Assembly: GCA_031367425.1 (NCBI GenBank)
Contig: JANLPU010000047.1
Coordinates: 60,932 to 124,931, forward strand
DNA length: 64,000 bases
Origin: Hyphomicrobium sp.
GTDB lineage: Bacteria > Pseudomonadota > Alphaproteobacteria > Rhizobiales > Hyphomicrobiaceae
Reading direction: 5' to 3'
Below the pieces are notes generated by a model. It had not been told where the DNA came from and made no database searches. It worked only from the letters and a program-made list of their open reading frames with translations. Of this stretch, positions 38,570 to 47,904 are shown piece after piece. A program made the position numbers and the translations under genes. Within the stretch, counting starts at the first letter, position 1. Each line of letters begins with the position of its first letter.

Positions 38570-41236
38570 TCAATCCGGCTGCCAGCTTGTTATCTCAAGG
38601 CGGCGGCCGGATAAGTTTTTAAAGGCCGTTTCCCGGCACGTCAGCAGTACCACTTGGTGGATGCGGCCTGCGTCTTCGAGTGCGCGGCACATGGCTTCGA
38701 GCCGCACATCGTCGGAGTAGACGAGCGGGTCGTCGAGAATGAGCGGCGCTGGCCTGCCGCTTTCGCAAATCAACCGCGCGAACGCCATGCGCACCAGAAC
38801 CGCCAACTGTTCACGCGTGCCGTCAGAGAGCGACGCAAAATCCTCGCGCGCACCGGCTCGCGTCAAGGCATCGAGCGCAAACGTGCCGCTGAAGGCGACG
38901 CCAGCATCTGGAAATACCCGCGCCAAATAGGGCGCGAGGCAGCGCGTCACCGGCTCGAGATATTGCCGGCGCGTACCCACCGATGCCGCGTTGAGAGTGG
39001 CCGCCAGCAGCGCCAGCGCTTTCGTTTCCAGTTCCAGCCGGTCGAGGTGTCCCTGCGCTTGGACGAGGTCTCCAGTTACGGCATCGACTTGAGCCGCGCG
39101 GCCGTCTTCGTCGATCGCGGATTGTTCGCTTTTCAGCTTTTCGATTTCGAGCGTCAGCGCGCGGCACGTTTGGTCGCGGCGTCTGATGTCTTCGCGCTTG
39201 GCTTCGAAAGATTGCGACAGGGCGCGGAAACTCTCGTCGCCGCGAACATTTGCCGCCAACGCCGCACCGCGCTCGGCACTTTGTTTAAGCGTCTCTTGAG
39301 CGCTCGCCAGGTGAGCCCCTGCAGAAGACAGGGCGTCGTGCCGGTCAGGCTCGGCCGGAATTGCAGCTTGCAAAGCCCGTAACCGGTTGGCGCGCGCCAT
39401 CGCGGACGCTTCGGCGCTTGCGATTTTTTTATCCGTCGATGATTTGCCGCGCGCGATCTCCGACCGCTGCCGATCCTTTTCGCCTTGCTTTTGCAGCAGC
39501 CCCGTCTGCCGGCTTTGCAAAGCTACTTTCGACAATCCAGGATGCTGCGGTTCGGTGCCAAGGTTTTGCATACGGGCTTGAAGGTCGCTTGCGAGGCTCG
39601 CGCATCCCGCTGGCGCCAGTGCCGCCAAGGTCGCGCGCTTAGCATTGAGCTGATATGAGCGGTCGGCGCGCGCTTGGGCCAGCGCGCGGGCGTCTTCGGC
39701 GTTGTGCGCGCCGATATCGCCCAACACATCACGCAACGATTGCCGCGCGGCTTCCAAACGGCGCGACGTTGCGAGCAGCCGTTCGCCGTTAGCCGCTGTG
39801 ACGCGAATATTGGCGATGCCATCGATGGCGATATCGAGATGGCTGGCAACGGGCAACCTTGTGTCGGCGTGAACGGGCGCGCCATCGAGACGGATACGGC
39901 CCGCGCCACCGGGCACCAGCACGACATCGACGACCGGCGCCCCGGCCGAAAGCTCAGCGTCTGCAACCGCCATAACATTGATGTGCGCCGTCATCTGGGC
40001 GATCCGCTCAGAGGTCGCGGGATCGGCCTCGATCTGAGCGGCGAGCGCTGCGATCTCTATTTCGAGCCGCGCGGCGATGTCATAAGCCGATTGCAGTTGA
40101 CCGACGCGATCGCGTTCCAGCAGCCACAGCGCGAAACCTTCAGCGCGGCTCAGTTGTTCGGCCGTGTCTGCCAATTCGGCCCCCACATCGGCAATGATTT
40201 TTGCGGCCGCTTCATCCTGGGCTTCCAGCTGCGCCAGCTCGCCCGTGAGTTCGGACGTGACATGCTCGCCCGAGGCCGCCTCGCTGCTCAGTTGCGCGAA
40301 TTCCGCTAACGTTGTGCTGAGAACGCGGTGGCTGGCCAGCGCCGCGTCCACTTCGAGGATGCGCGATCGGTGCTGCTCGCGCGCAACGGCCAGCTCGGCC
40401 CTGAGCGTCGCTTCACTGGCGATTTGGATTTCAAGTGTCTGCAGTTCATGATCGGCAGCGGCCCGCCATCCGGGGCGATCGCTGTCTTCGAGCCGGGCGC
40501 TGAGGTCTGCAATGCGCCGCAACCTGTCTTCGGCGGCCGTCGCGATCTGGCGCACCTGATCGAGGCGCGTTTGCGTTTCGACGAGCGCGCGCCGCGCCAA
40601 ATCAAGAGGACCGTTTTTGCGCGCTGCGGTGCGTTCGGGCGTCACAAGGTTTGCAAGGGCGGCCGCCACCTTCTGCGCCACGCGCGCAACGCTTTCGCCA
40701 CCGGCCACGGCTTCGACCTCTTGCCCCACGGCTTCGATCAAGGCATTGGCCTCGCCGCGCGCTTTGGCCTTGCCGGTCTGTGGATCAAGATCGGGGTCTG
40801 GCGCCAACAGCGTGCGTTGCTGGCGGACCCACACGAGCCCTAGGCGTGCCGGGCCTTCACCGTTCAAGCCTGCAAGTTCACCGAGGCGATCTTCGGCATC
40901 GCCGCCGCTGGCAATCTGGCGAACGCTGCTCGACACATCGAAGAGTGTCGCGCTCTTGCCCCGTCCGAATTGTTTGGCGATCCGCCACAGACCGCCGTCC
41001 GCCTCGAAATCGACTTCGACGCGCGGCTCGCCGCCGCCGTGCGGACGCATCAATTCAAGCGCCGCGCCGGATGTCTTGTACGAGGATAGGAACGCTGCTT
41101 CGAGCGCGTGGAAAATCGTCGACTTGCCCATTTCATTTGGGCCGCAGAGCACATTCAAACCATCGCCGAAATCTGCAATTTCGACGGCACCGATAAAGCG
41201 GCGGAATGATTTGAGCCGGAGTGCGCGCAATTTCAT
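38570..41236 (-). CDS. SMC/SbcC-like AAA ATPase (YhaN/COG4717-like), coiled-coil, no CxxC zinc hook
   Basis: Has Walker A CGPNEMGKST, a long Ala/Glu/Leu/Arg-rich coiled-coil, signature-like LSDGTREQL and Walker B LILDDPLVYSD. Its start overlaps the upstream stop (ATGA). Confidence 0.8.
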   Translation of the reverse strand: MKLRALRLKSFRRFIGAVEIADFGDGLNVLCGPNEMGKSTIFHALEAAFLSSYKTSGAALELMRPHGGGEPRVEVDFEADGGLWRIAKQFGRGKSATLFDVSSSVRQIASGGDAEDRLGELAGLNGEGPARLGLVWVRQQRTLLAPDPDLDPQTGKAKARGEANALIEAVGQEVEAVAGGESVARVAQKVAAALANLVTPERTAARKNGPLDLARRALVETQTRLDQVRQIATAAEDRLRRIADLSARLEDSDRPGWRAAADHELQTLEIQIASEATLRAELAVAREQHRSRILEVDAALASHRVLSTTLAEFAQLSSEAASGEHVTSELTGELAQLEAQDEAAAKIIADVGAELADTAEQLSRAEGFALWLLERDRVGQLQSAYDIAARLEIEIAALAAQIEADPATSERIAQMTAHINVMAVADAELSAGAPVVDVVLVPGGAGRIRLDGAPVHADTRLPVASHLDIAIDGIANIRVTAANGERLLATSRRLEAARQSLRDVLGDIGAHNAEDARALAQARADRSYQLNAKRATLAALAPAGCASLASDLQARMQNLGTEPQHPGLSKVALQSRQTGLLQKQGEKDRQRSEIARGKSSTDKKIASAEASAMARANRLRALQAAIPAEPDRHDALSSAGAHLASAQETLKQSAERGAALAANVRGDESFRALSQSFEAKREDIRRRDQTCRALTLEIEKLKSEQSAIDEDGRAAQVDAVTGDLVQAQGHLDRLELETKALALLAATLNAASVGTRRQYLEPVTRCLAPYLARVFPDAGVAFSGTFALDALTRAGAREDFASLSDGTREQLAVLVRMAFARLICESGRPAPLILDDPLVYSDDVRLEAMCRALEDAGRIHQVVLLTCRETAFKNLSGRRLEITSWQPD

Positions 41237-42360
41237 GGGGCCTCGCGCGCCTCATGCGCAAAGGCGTACAGCCGGATGAGCGCTAAACTTGCAGCGGCGT
41301 TGTCGGGATGCGCGGCATCGCGCTGCACGGCTTGCAGCGCGCGCGCGGCTTCAACAAGCGCGCCCTCGCCCCCTAAGCTTGCGAGATCGCTATCTTCCGG
41401 CAGGGCGATAAGGTCGCGATCGTCGATCTCGAGATGGCGCACTTTGCCAGACCAGACCTCCCGCCATGCCGCCAAGCTCGCGTGCTCGCTCAGCGATAGA
41501 CTACCGCTCAAGTTGAACTTCATGAGCAGGCGCTCAGGCGCATGGCCGACCCCGGCGATCGCCGCTTCCAGATTGCGAAAATCAGCCGCGCTGCGAATAA
41601 CCGCGCTACTTTGGGCCCAACCGAAGGCAGCAGTCTTGACGCTTTCGGTCTGCACGGTGCCATCAGCCTCGATGACGACCGAGAGAACGAAGCCCGGATC
41701 GTTGTCGCGAAACCTGTCGGGTTCTGGCGTACCGGAGTACCAAGTTTTGGCATCGATGGCTGTTTGGCCGTGCCAGTCGCCAAGCGCCAGATAGGCCAAG
41801 CCAGCTGTGCGCGCCCGATCCTTGGCAATCGTCACGGCCGTATCGCCATCGCTGCCAAAACCCTGAACGGAACCGTGCCCTAAACCTATCCGGACGAGAC
41901 CGTCGGGCGTTGCAGCGCTGTCCATCCAGAACGTCGGATCGCGGCCTGGATTTTTCGATGTGAGAGGCGCTGGCAGCAGCATGGCGTCACGCTGGAAAAC
42001 AATCGGCTCAGGCCGCAATATTACCGTGACATTTTCGGGCGCGCCCATGCGGGCAATGCGATCCCAAAGTCCGCCAGGCCGTGCTGGATCATGATTGCCG
42101 GGCAGAAGTATCCAGACGACGCTGACTTCGCGCGCCATCCGCTCGAGTGCGCGCCGGATAACAACGGCTTCGAGCAAATCGCCGTCGAACACATCGCCGG
42201 CGACCAGCACATGAGAGGCGTTGCGGGCGCGCGCGATCGCCGCAATCACACCGATGCTATCGAGGCGGGCCGCGCTCAGTTCGCCGGCCAAATCAGCGGG
42301 CATGCTGCGAAACGGTTTGCCGATGTGCCAATCGGCGGTGTGGATGAAGCGAATGGTCAT
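41233..42360 (-). CDS. Metallophosphoesterase, SbcD/YhaO-like DNA repair exonuclease
   Basis: Motifs MTIRFIHTADWHIG, VLVAGDVFD, ILLPGNHD and GHGSV. The ATG at 42360 is preferred. Confidence 0.85.
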   Translation of the reverse strand: MTIRFIHTADWHIGKPFRSMPADLAGELSAARLDSIGVIAAIARARNASHVLVAGDVFDGDLLEAVVIRRALERMAREVSVVWILLPGNHDPARPGGLWDRIARMGAPENVTVILRPEPIVFQRDAMLLPAPLTSKNPGRDPTFWMDSAATPDGLVRIGLGHGSVQGFGSDGDTAVTIAKDRARTAGLAYLALGDWHGQTAIDAKTWYSGTPEPDRFRDNDPGFVLSVVIEADGTVQTESVKTAAFGWAQSSAVIRSAADFRNLEAAIAGVGHAPERLLMKFNLSGSLSLSEHASLAAWREVWSGKVRHLEIDDRDLIALPEDSDLASLGGEGALVEAARALQAVQRDAAHPDNAAASLALIRLYAFAHEAREAP

Positions 42361-42443
42361 GTGTGTGAGACCATTCCCGCTCAAGCCCGGCACGGCAAGG
42401 CCCAGCCCGCAACGCGCTGTGGATCACTCGCGCGAGGTGGCCC

Positions 42444-43058
42444 TCACAATGCGCTCAAGCGTTGCGCCAGGAACACGCGCACGGTTGGAGGCTCGCCAGC
42501 AACACCGGCCTGATGAAAACCATTTCGTGCATAAAAGCCGACATTGCGCGCGCCTTGGCTGGTCACGACGTGGACGCCTGGGGTGCCTGCCCGGCGCGCG
42601 TCTTCGACAAAACGTTGCACCAGCGCGCGACCGATGCCCGAGCCGCGCGCGTCGGCCGCCAAATTGACGTGCAGGTGGGCTGGGAACTTTACCGTCAAAT
42701 GTTTGAAATCGGCAAAGTAGGCGATGTCGGAAAAACGGGGCTCAAGCGCTGGATCGTCAAGCGCGCCGACGAGATAGCCAGCAACGTCACCGCTTGGCCC
42801 TACAGCGACATAAGCAAAATCCGGATCGTGTTCGAGATAGCGGCCGAGCCAGCGTTGGCGGAACTGTGCACGTGCGTTGTCTGACGCGAATGACTTCACG
42901 TTGCTCGCGTCAAAGAACACGGCATCGAGGCCGGCCTGTAAAGTTGGCGATGGCGCGAGGTCGAGGTAGCGTTTGATGGCGATTGTTTCTATGCCCGTCA
43001 TGACCGCGAGCATAGGTGAGGTGCTCAACGTTTGCACGCAACGATAAGGGGCGGACAA
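42444..43058 (-). CDS. GNAT family N-acetyltransferase
   Basis: LHVNLAADARGSGIGRALVQRFVEDARRAG...GARNVGFYARNGF matches acetyl-CoA binding motif A. The start is uncertain, with internal ATGs. Confidence 0.8.
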   Translation of the reverse strand: MSAPYRCVQTLSTSPMLAVMTGIETIAIKRYLDLAPSPTLQAGLDAVFFDASNVKSFASDNARAQFRQRWLGRYLEHDPDFAYVAVGPSGDVAGYLVGALDDPALEPRFSDIAYFADFKHLTVKFPAHLHVNLAADARGSGIGRALVQRFVEDARRAGTPGVHVVTSQGARNVGFYARNGFHQAGVAGEPPTVRVFLAQRLSAL

Positions 43059-43094
43059 TTGCCCGCCCCCAAAAAATATCTCGCGATGCGGATA

Positions 43095-43442
43095 TTACCA
43101 GCCGCGGCATTCATTGTAACGATGCCACCAATAACGGCTGCCCGAATTGAGCGCGCGACGCTTCAGCCAGTAGCAACCACCGCCACCGGAATCGCCGAAT
43201 CGCAGAACGATGCCGTTACGATGATAACGATGACCGTAGCCATAATGATGACCGTAACCACCATGATTGCCGCGCCATTGGTTGTGATGGCCGTCACCGC
43301 GCCATGCCACTTGCGTCGCCGCGCTGTTGCCGACCGCAACCTGATGCTTAGCGACAGTCATTGCAGACGCTGAACTGGCCGCTCCGCCGACGGCTGCCAA
43401 GCCCGCAGCGATTGCCAATGTTGGCCCGAGTATTTTACGCAT
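43095..43442 (-). CDS. Secreted Gly/His/Tyr-rich small protein, unknown function
   Basis: The ATG at 43442 has GAGGAG upstream. It has the signal peptide MRKILGPTLAIAAGLAAVGGAASSASA, an HHNQWRGNHGGYGHHYGYGHRYHRNG stretch, and a C-terminal C-x21-C. Confidence 0.6.
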   Translation of the reverse strand: MRKILGPTLAIAAGLAAVGGAASSASAMTVAKHQVAVGNSAATQVAWRGDGHHNQWRGNHGGYGHHYGYGHRYHRNGIVLRFGDSGGGGCYWLKRRALNSGSRYWWHRYNECRGW

Positions 43443-43618
43443 TTCAAAACTCCTCTCAAGGATGTGCGCGGGGGAGCGCAAGGGTTCAATCTTGAGATGG
43501 CTGACGATGCAGCCTCTCGACATCAACAACGCCGAGACCCACCGCTTCCGTCGAACTTTTTCAATTTCGAATGCGAGTTTTTTAAATCGTGAAATCTTTG
43601 TGGCGACGAGATGAGTGT

Positions 43619-44041
43619 TCATTCATCGGCGAGCATCGCAGACGCAAATTTGCGACGGAATGCCGGTGGCAGATCGGCTGGAATTTTCGCCGCTGGCACC
43701 GGCACGCGCGCTGGCGCATCGCGCTCGGCTTTCTGTTCGGGCTCGGCTCGTTTGTCGGCCGAGGGATTATTGCCGCCGTACGTTTTGCTGTAGGGCTCGC
43801 CGACATCATCGGCCAGTTCGCGCACGCGCAATGTGGGAACGGCTTGAGCGGGGCGGCCTTCGTCCTCGACGACGGCAGACTCGGCTATGCGCGTCGGACT
43901 GGCGACCGCGACGTTGTCCGCTGTATAGGGATGGGAGGACGTGGCGCAACCGGCAAGGCCAAAGAGAGCCGCCACGGCAGCAGCACGCGCGCTGACGCGA
44001 GCCACGACGGCGCGTTCGACGCCGAAATTCAAACGAAACAT
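43619..44041 (-). CDS. Lipoprotein, unknown function
   Basis: 140 aa with the lipobox LAGC in AAVAALFGLAGCATSS. Confidence 0.55.
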   Translation of the reverse strand: MFRLNFGVERAVVARVSARAAAVAALFGLAGCATSSHPYTADNVAVASPTRIAESAVVEDEGRPAQAVPTLRVRELADDVGEPYSKTYGGNNPSADKRAEPEQKAERDAPARVPVPAAKIPADLPPAFRRKFASAMLADE

Positions 44042-44173
44042 TTAACACGCCTTTACAAACGCCAACGGACACAACGAACTGTCCCGGATTGAAACAGGTC
44101 GGCGTTAAAAACTCGCTAACGTTTGCTACAAATGTGGATCGTGCGAGGGGGCTTATGCGAAAACTATCGCCCG

Positions 44174-44812
44174 CTAATTCACCGCCCCCACAAGCCCCGA
44201 CGCCCTGATGCCATTGAACACCGCTTGCACGGCGATGCTGGCGAGCAGAATTCCAAACACGCGCACCAGCACGCGTTGCGCGGTCAGGCTCAGCATGCGG
44301 TTGAGTTCGTGCGCGAGCATCAGCAGCCCGAGCGTCGCCAGCATCACGCACGCCAACGCGGCCGCCACGATCGCCAGACCCAATGGTTCGCCGTGAGCGT
44401 TCGCGGCCAGCAAAATGCCGGCACTCATGGCGCCAGGGCCTGCTAACAGCGGCGTCGCCAACGGGAATACCGCGACGTCGTCACGGGTCTGGGCTTCCTC
44501 GCCTTCGGAGGGCGAAAGTTTGATGAAGCTGCCAGCGCGCGCGAAGATCATATCGATGGCGATCATGAGCAAGATGATCCCGCCGGCTGTTTGCAACGCC
44601 GCAAGCGAGACGCCGAGCTGGTTCAAAATCGGCCCACCAAGCAGCGTGAAAAACCCGAGGATCATCGACGCGATCAGCGTCGCACGCAAAGCTATGTTGC
44701 GGCGCGTTGCGCGATCCATCTTCGGCGTGAAGGCCGCAAACAGCACCGCCGCCTCGATCGGCCCTACGGTCGCGAAGAACGTCGTGAAACTTTTGAGTGC
44801 CGTCTGGATCAT
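44174..44812 (-). CDS. MarC family (UPF0056) integral membrane protein
   Basis: Multi-TM protein. The N-terminus FFATVGPIEAAVLFAA and the PLATPLLAGPGA motif are typical of MarC. The ATG at 44812 is used. Confidence 0.8.
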   Translation of the reverse strand: MIQTALKSFTTFFATVGPIEAAVLFAAFTPKMDRATRRNIALRATLIASMILGFFTLLGGPILNQLGVSLAALQTAGGIILLMIAIDMIFARAGSFIKLSPSEGEEAQTRDDVAVFPLATPLLAGPGAMSAGILLAANAHGEPLGLAIVAAALACVMLATLGLLMLAHELNRMLSLTAQRVLVRVFGILLASIAVQAVFNGIRASGLVGAVN

Positions 44813-45014
44813 GGTGCGGCGCGGGTCCTGCGGTTGGGGCAAGCTTAGTATAGCGCTCCCCGGCGCTCGGGCGTGCGCTACCACGCACGATTATCAGCAC
44901 TGCTGTTTAGTTGCTGCTAACAAACTGATTGAAAACAATTTATTCGTGATTTTGGAACGCTGAAGGGGTAATCTGCGTAAACGAGTCACCGTTCAACAAC
45001 GATGGAGATCTCGC

Positions 45015-45296
45015 GTGCAGGGCACAATCAACGACCAAGATTTTCGCGCTCAATTGCTCGGGTTCAGTTTGACGACGGCCGAGATTTTGTACCGTCTTCC
45101 CGATCATCCCGTGCTGCTTCAGAGCTACGTTTGGCAAGATTACGACTTGGCGCCCAAGTTTCCAAAACTCCAACAATTTCTCGATTTCTGGAGCGCCAAA
45201 CTTGAGGGAAAACTTTTTAAAGTTACGGTCGCGCACAGCTGCTTGATCCGCCCCGCCGAGCTAAAGCTGGTGGATGCCGAATTCAAGGTTCACTGA
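45015..45296 (+). CDS. usg: Usg family protein
   Basis: 93 aa. LTTAEILYRLPDHPVLLQSYVWQDYDLAPKFPKLQQFLDFW matches the Usg-like family pattern. Confidence 0.8.
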   Translation: MQGTINDQDFRAQLLGFSLTTAEILYRLPDHPVLLQSYVWQDYDLAPKFPKLQQFLDFWSAKLEGKLFKVTVAHSCLIRPAELKLVDAEFKVH

Positions 45297-45462
45297 AGTG
45301 TACGATTACGCACGAATACTCTAACCGTAATGTTCTATAAAGGACTATGCTAACAGGGAACCGTACGCTATCGAACGGTATTATATTTATACTGACTACC
45401 CGTTTTTATCGAAGTCTTGACGACAGAAATCGACGATATTTTTTAAGCCTCGGGGTGATCCG

Positions 45463-46083
45463 ATGGTCAGCGAACACGATTCTTCGCCCGGAACTAAGCG
45501 CGAAGATCTCAATCGGCGCCTGATCAAAGTTGCGCGCACGATTTTGGAGACCGAAGGCTTGGAGGCCCTGACCCTGCGTGCAGCAGCACGCTCGGCGGGC
45601 GTGTCGCATATGGCGCCTTACCGTCATTACGACAGCAAGGATGATTTGCTCGCAGCCGTCGCCGAGGAGGGTTTCAAAAATCTGACGAGCGCGATGGACA
45701 ATTCTTCCGACGGCGCCGATAAGCCGCAACATCGGTTGCGCGGGCTAGCACGGGCGTATCTCACATTCGCCCTCAGCAACCCCGCGCTATACCGCCTAAT
45801 GTTCGGTGCCAATTTGCCGAACCGTTCGCGCTTCCCAGGGCTCACAGCAGCGTGTCATGAATGTTGCTCGCGCTGCGTGGCGGTCGTGGCACCTGAAGCA
45901 GGGTTGGATGGAAAAAATTTGCCCCTTCCGCGCAAGGCGGTGGCGACCTGGTCCTTCGTTCACGGCCTGGCGAGCCTCGCTATCGATGGGTTAGTTCCGC
46001 TGCCTGAAAAAACCGATCCTGCGTTTTTGGAGGAAGTCGATGCGCTTCTGGCCGCCGCCGGCTTGAAGGCTGCCAGCGCCTAG
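45463..46083 (+). CDS. TetR/AcrR family transcriptional regulator
   Basis: The N-terminal HTH is LTLRAAARSAGVSHMAPYRHYDSKDDLL. Confidence 0.88.
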   Translation: MVSEHDSSPGTKREDLNRRLIKVARTILETEGLEALTLRAAARSAGVSHMAPYRHYDSKDDLLAAVAEEGFKNLTSAMDNSSDGADKPQHRLRGLARAYLTFALSNPALYRLMFGANLPNRSRFPGLTAACHECCSRCVAVVAPEAGLDGKNLPLPRKAVATWSFVHGLASLAIDGLVPLPEKTDPAFLEEVDALLAAAGLKAASA

Positions 46084-46141
46084 CGGGCACGCTTACAATG
46101 TGCAACGCGACCGCCGAGAGCGCGTAAAAGGCGTAAAGCGT

Positions 46142-46735
46142 TCAGCCCAGTGGCCACCAGACGCCGCCGCTCCACACCCCGATCTCACCAACGCCAGCTT
46201 CATCTTTATGGACGGCCAGCTCGACGAGGTCGAAGTAAATGGCGCGGGTGACCAAAGCCTCCAAACGTCCGCGCACAGAGACATAGGGTTTCAACCCGCC
46301 GGTTCCAGATTGTGCCGCAAAGCGCAACGGATGCTCTGCATCGACGACCACGACGTCATCGACATTGGTTCGGAATGTCAGGACCTGCTGGGTGCCGACA
46401 CCCGAAACCGCCAACTCGACGGCTAGGAAATGTGCATCAGCGACTTTGCAATCGACCTTTTCAGCGGGCGTCACGAGATACGTTCGCCCATCTGCGTCTT
46501 TGCGCAAAATGCTCGCGAACAATTTCACCATGGCAAGGCGCGCGATCAGGCTGCCCTGATACTCCCAGCTGCCATCGGCCAGGATCGCTAACCCGATGTC
46601 GCCGCAATAGGGCGGGTCCCAATTGTCGACCGGGCGGGGGCCAGCGTTATCGCCTGCCGCGCGCAACAAATTCTGTAGGGCTCCGTCGCCAGCAGTACGA
46701 TCGACCGACTTGCTTTGACTTGGATCGTCCATCAT
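46142..46735 (-). CDS. DUF1285 domain protein
   Basis: W.PPYCGDIGLAILADGSWEYQGSLIARLAMVKLFASILRKDADGRTYLVTPAEKV fits the DUF1285 pattern as I recall it. Confidence 0.7.
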   Translation of the reverse strand: MMDDPSQSKSVDRTAGDGALQNLLRAAGDNAGPRPVDNWDPPYCGDIGLAILADGSWEYQGSLIARLAMVKLFASILRKDADGRTYLVTPAEKVDCKVADAHFLAVELAVSGVGTQQVLTFRTNVDDVVVVDAEHPLRFAAQSGTGGLKPYVSVRGRLEALVTRAIYFDLVELAVHKDEAGVGEIGVWSGGVWWPLG

Positions 46736-46902
46736 TCTGATTTACCGAAGGAATTGCCTACCCGAGAATGCGAAGCTAACGTAACATTCACTTGACCCTT
46801 AAGGATACGGGCGAGATCGTTCGACGTGTGAACACCTTGCGAGGCAGCAGCGCCCTGCTACACAGCTGTATCCCGTTGCATCCCAAAAACCCCGAGGCCG
46901 GT

Positions 46903-47901
46903 ATGAGCACCGTTACTGACACCCACGCCGATATCGTGCCACGCTTGGAAGCAGCGGCCGAGCGTGTCCAAAAAGCCCATAAGGCCGCAGCCTCCGTCAT
47001 CTTTGGCCAGGACAAGGTCATCGAGCGCACGATCATCACAATTCTGTCTGGCGGCCACGCTCTGCTCATCGGTGTTCCGGGCCTCGCCAAGACGCTGCTG
47101 GTCGATACGCTGGGCAAAGTTTTGGGACTCGATGCCAAACGCATTCAGTTCACGCCCGACTTGATGCCGTCCGACATTATCGGCTCCGAAGTTCTCGAAG
47201 ACGAGCCAGGCCGGGCGCGATCGTTCCGGTTCATCAAAGGCCCGATTTTCACGCAGCTGCTGATGGCGGATGAAATCAACCGCGCGTCGCCCAAAACGCA
47301 ATCGGCGCTGCTGCAGGCGATGCAAGAGCACCACGTCACGGTCGCCGGGCATCGCCACGATACGCCCGCTCCGTTTCATGTTCTGGCGACACAAAACCCA
47401 CTCGAGCAGGAAGGCACATATCCGTTGCCGGAAGCGCAGCTCGACCGGTTCCTGTTGCAGATCGATGTGGATTACCCAGATCTCGCCGCCGAGCGCCGCA
47501 TGCTGTACGCGACGACCGGAACCGAAAGCACCAAGTTGGAAGCTGTTCTGTCGGCACCAGAACTCATGAGCATTCAACGTCTGGTGCGCCAAGTGCCGGT
47601 ATCGGACAAAGTGGTCGAGGCGATTTTGCAACTCGTGCGCTCGGCCCGCCCTGGCACGGGTGTGAATTCCGAAACCGACCGCTTCGTGGCTTGGGGCCCA
47701 GGTCCGCGCGCCAGCCAAGCGTTGATGCTGGCCGTGCGCGCCAAAGCTCTGATCGATGGCCGACTTGCACCCTCGGTCGACGACGTTGTGGCGCTGGCTG
47801 AACCCATCCTCAAACATCGCATGGCACTGTCGTTTGCAGCGCGCGCAGAGGGACAAGAGCTTTCTCAAATCATCGCACGTCTCGCCGAATCGGTGGGTTA
47901 A
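46903..47901 (+). CDS. MoxR-like AAA+ ATPase
   Basis: Has Walker A GVPGLAKT, Walker B LLMADEINRASPKTQSALLQAMQE and ATQNPLEQEGTYPLPEAQLDRF. The ATG at 46903 is used. Confidence 0.93.
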   Translation: MSTVTDTHADIVPRLEAAAERVQKAHKAAASVIFGQDKVIERTIITILSGGHALLIGVPGLAKTLLVDTLGKVLGLDAKRIQFTPDLMPSDIIGSEVLEDEPGRARSFRFIKGPIFTQLLMADEINRASPKTQSALLQAMQEHHVTVAGHRHDTPAPFHVLATQNPLEQEGTYPLPEAQLDRFLLQIDVDYPDLAAERRMLYATTGTESTKLEAVLSAPELMSIQRLVRQVPVSDKVVEAILQLVRSARPGTGVNSETDRFVAWGPGPRASQALMLAVRAKALIDGRLAPSVDDVVALAEPILKHRMALSFAARAEGQELSQIIARLAESVG

Positions 47902-47904
47902 GCA

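Noticed and set aside
38570-42360. The SbcCD-like pair, considered as an anti-phage defence system (Lamassu/Gabija-like)
   Set aside because: It has normal GC and no mobile or other defence genes nearby, and its motifs fit the housekeeping YhaO/YhaN-SbcCD repair family. I kept it only as a low-interest finding.
45385-45412. Palindrome ACCGTACGCTATCGAACGGT upstream of the TetR gene, considered as its operator
   Set aside because: It is only a 5-bp inverted repeat in AT-rich DNA, with no comparative support available, so it is too weak to report as a feature.
46858-47868. 336-aa ORF antisense to the MoxR ATPase
   Set aside because: It is a shadow ORF. The plus strand carries the canonical Walker A/B MoxR sequence.
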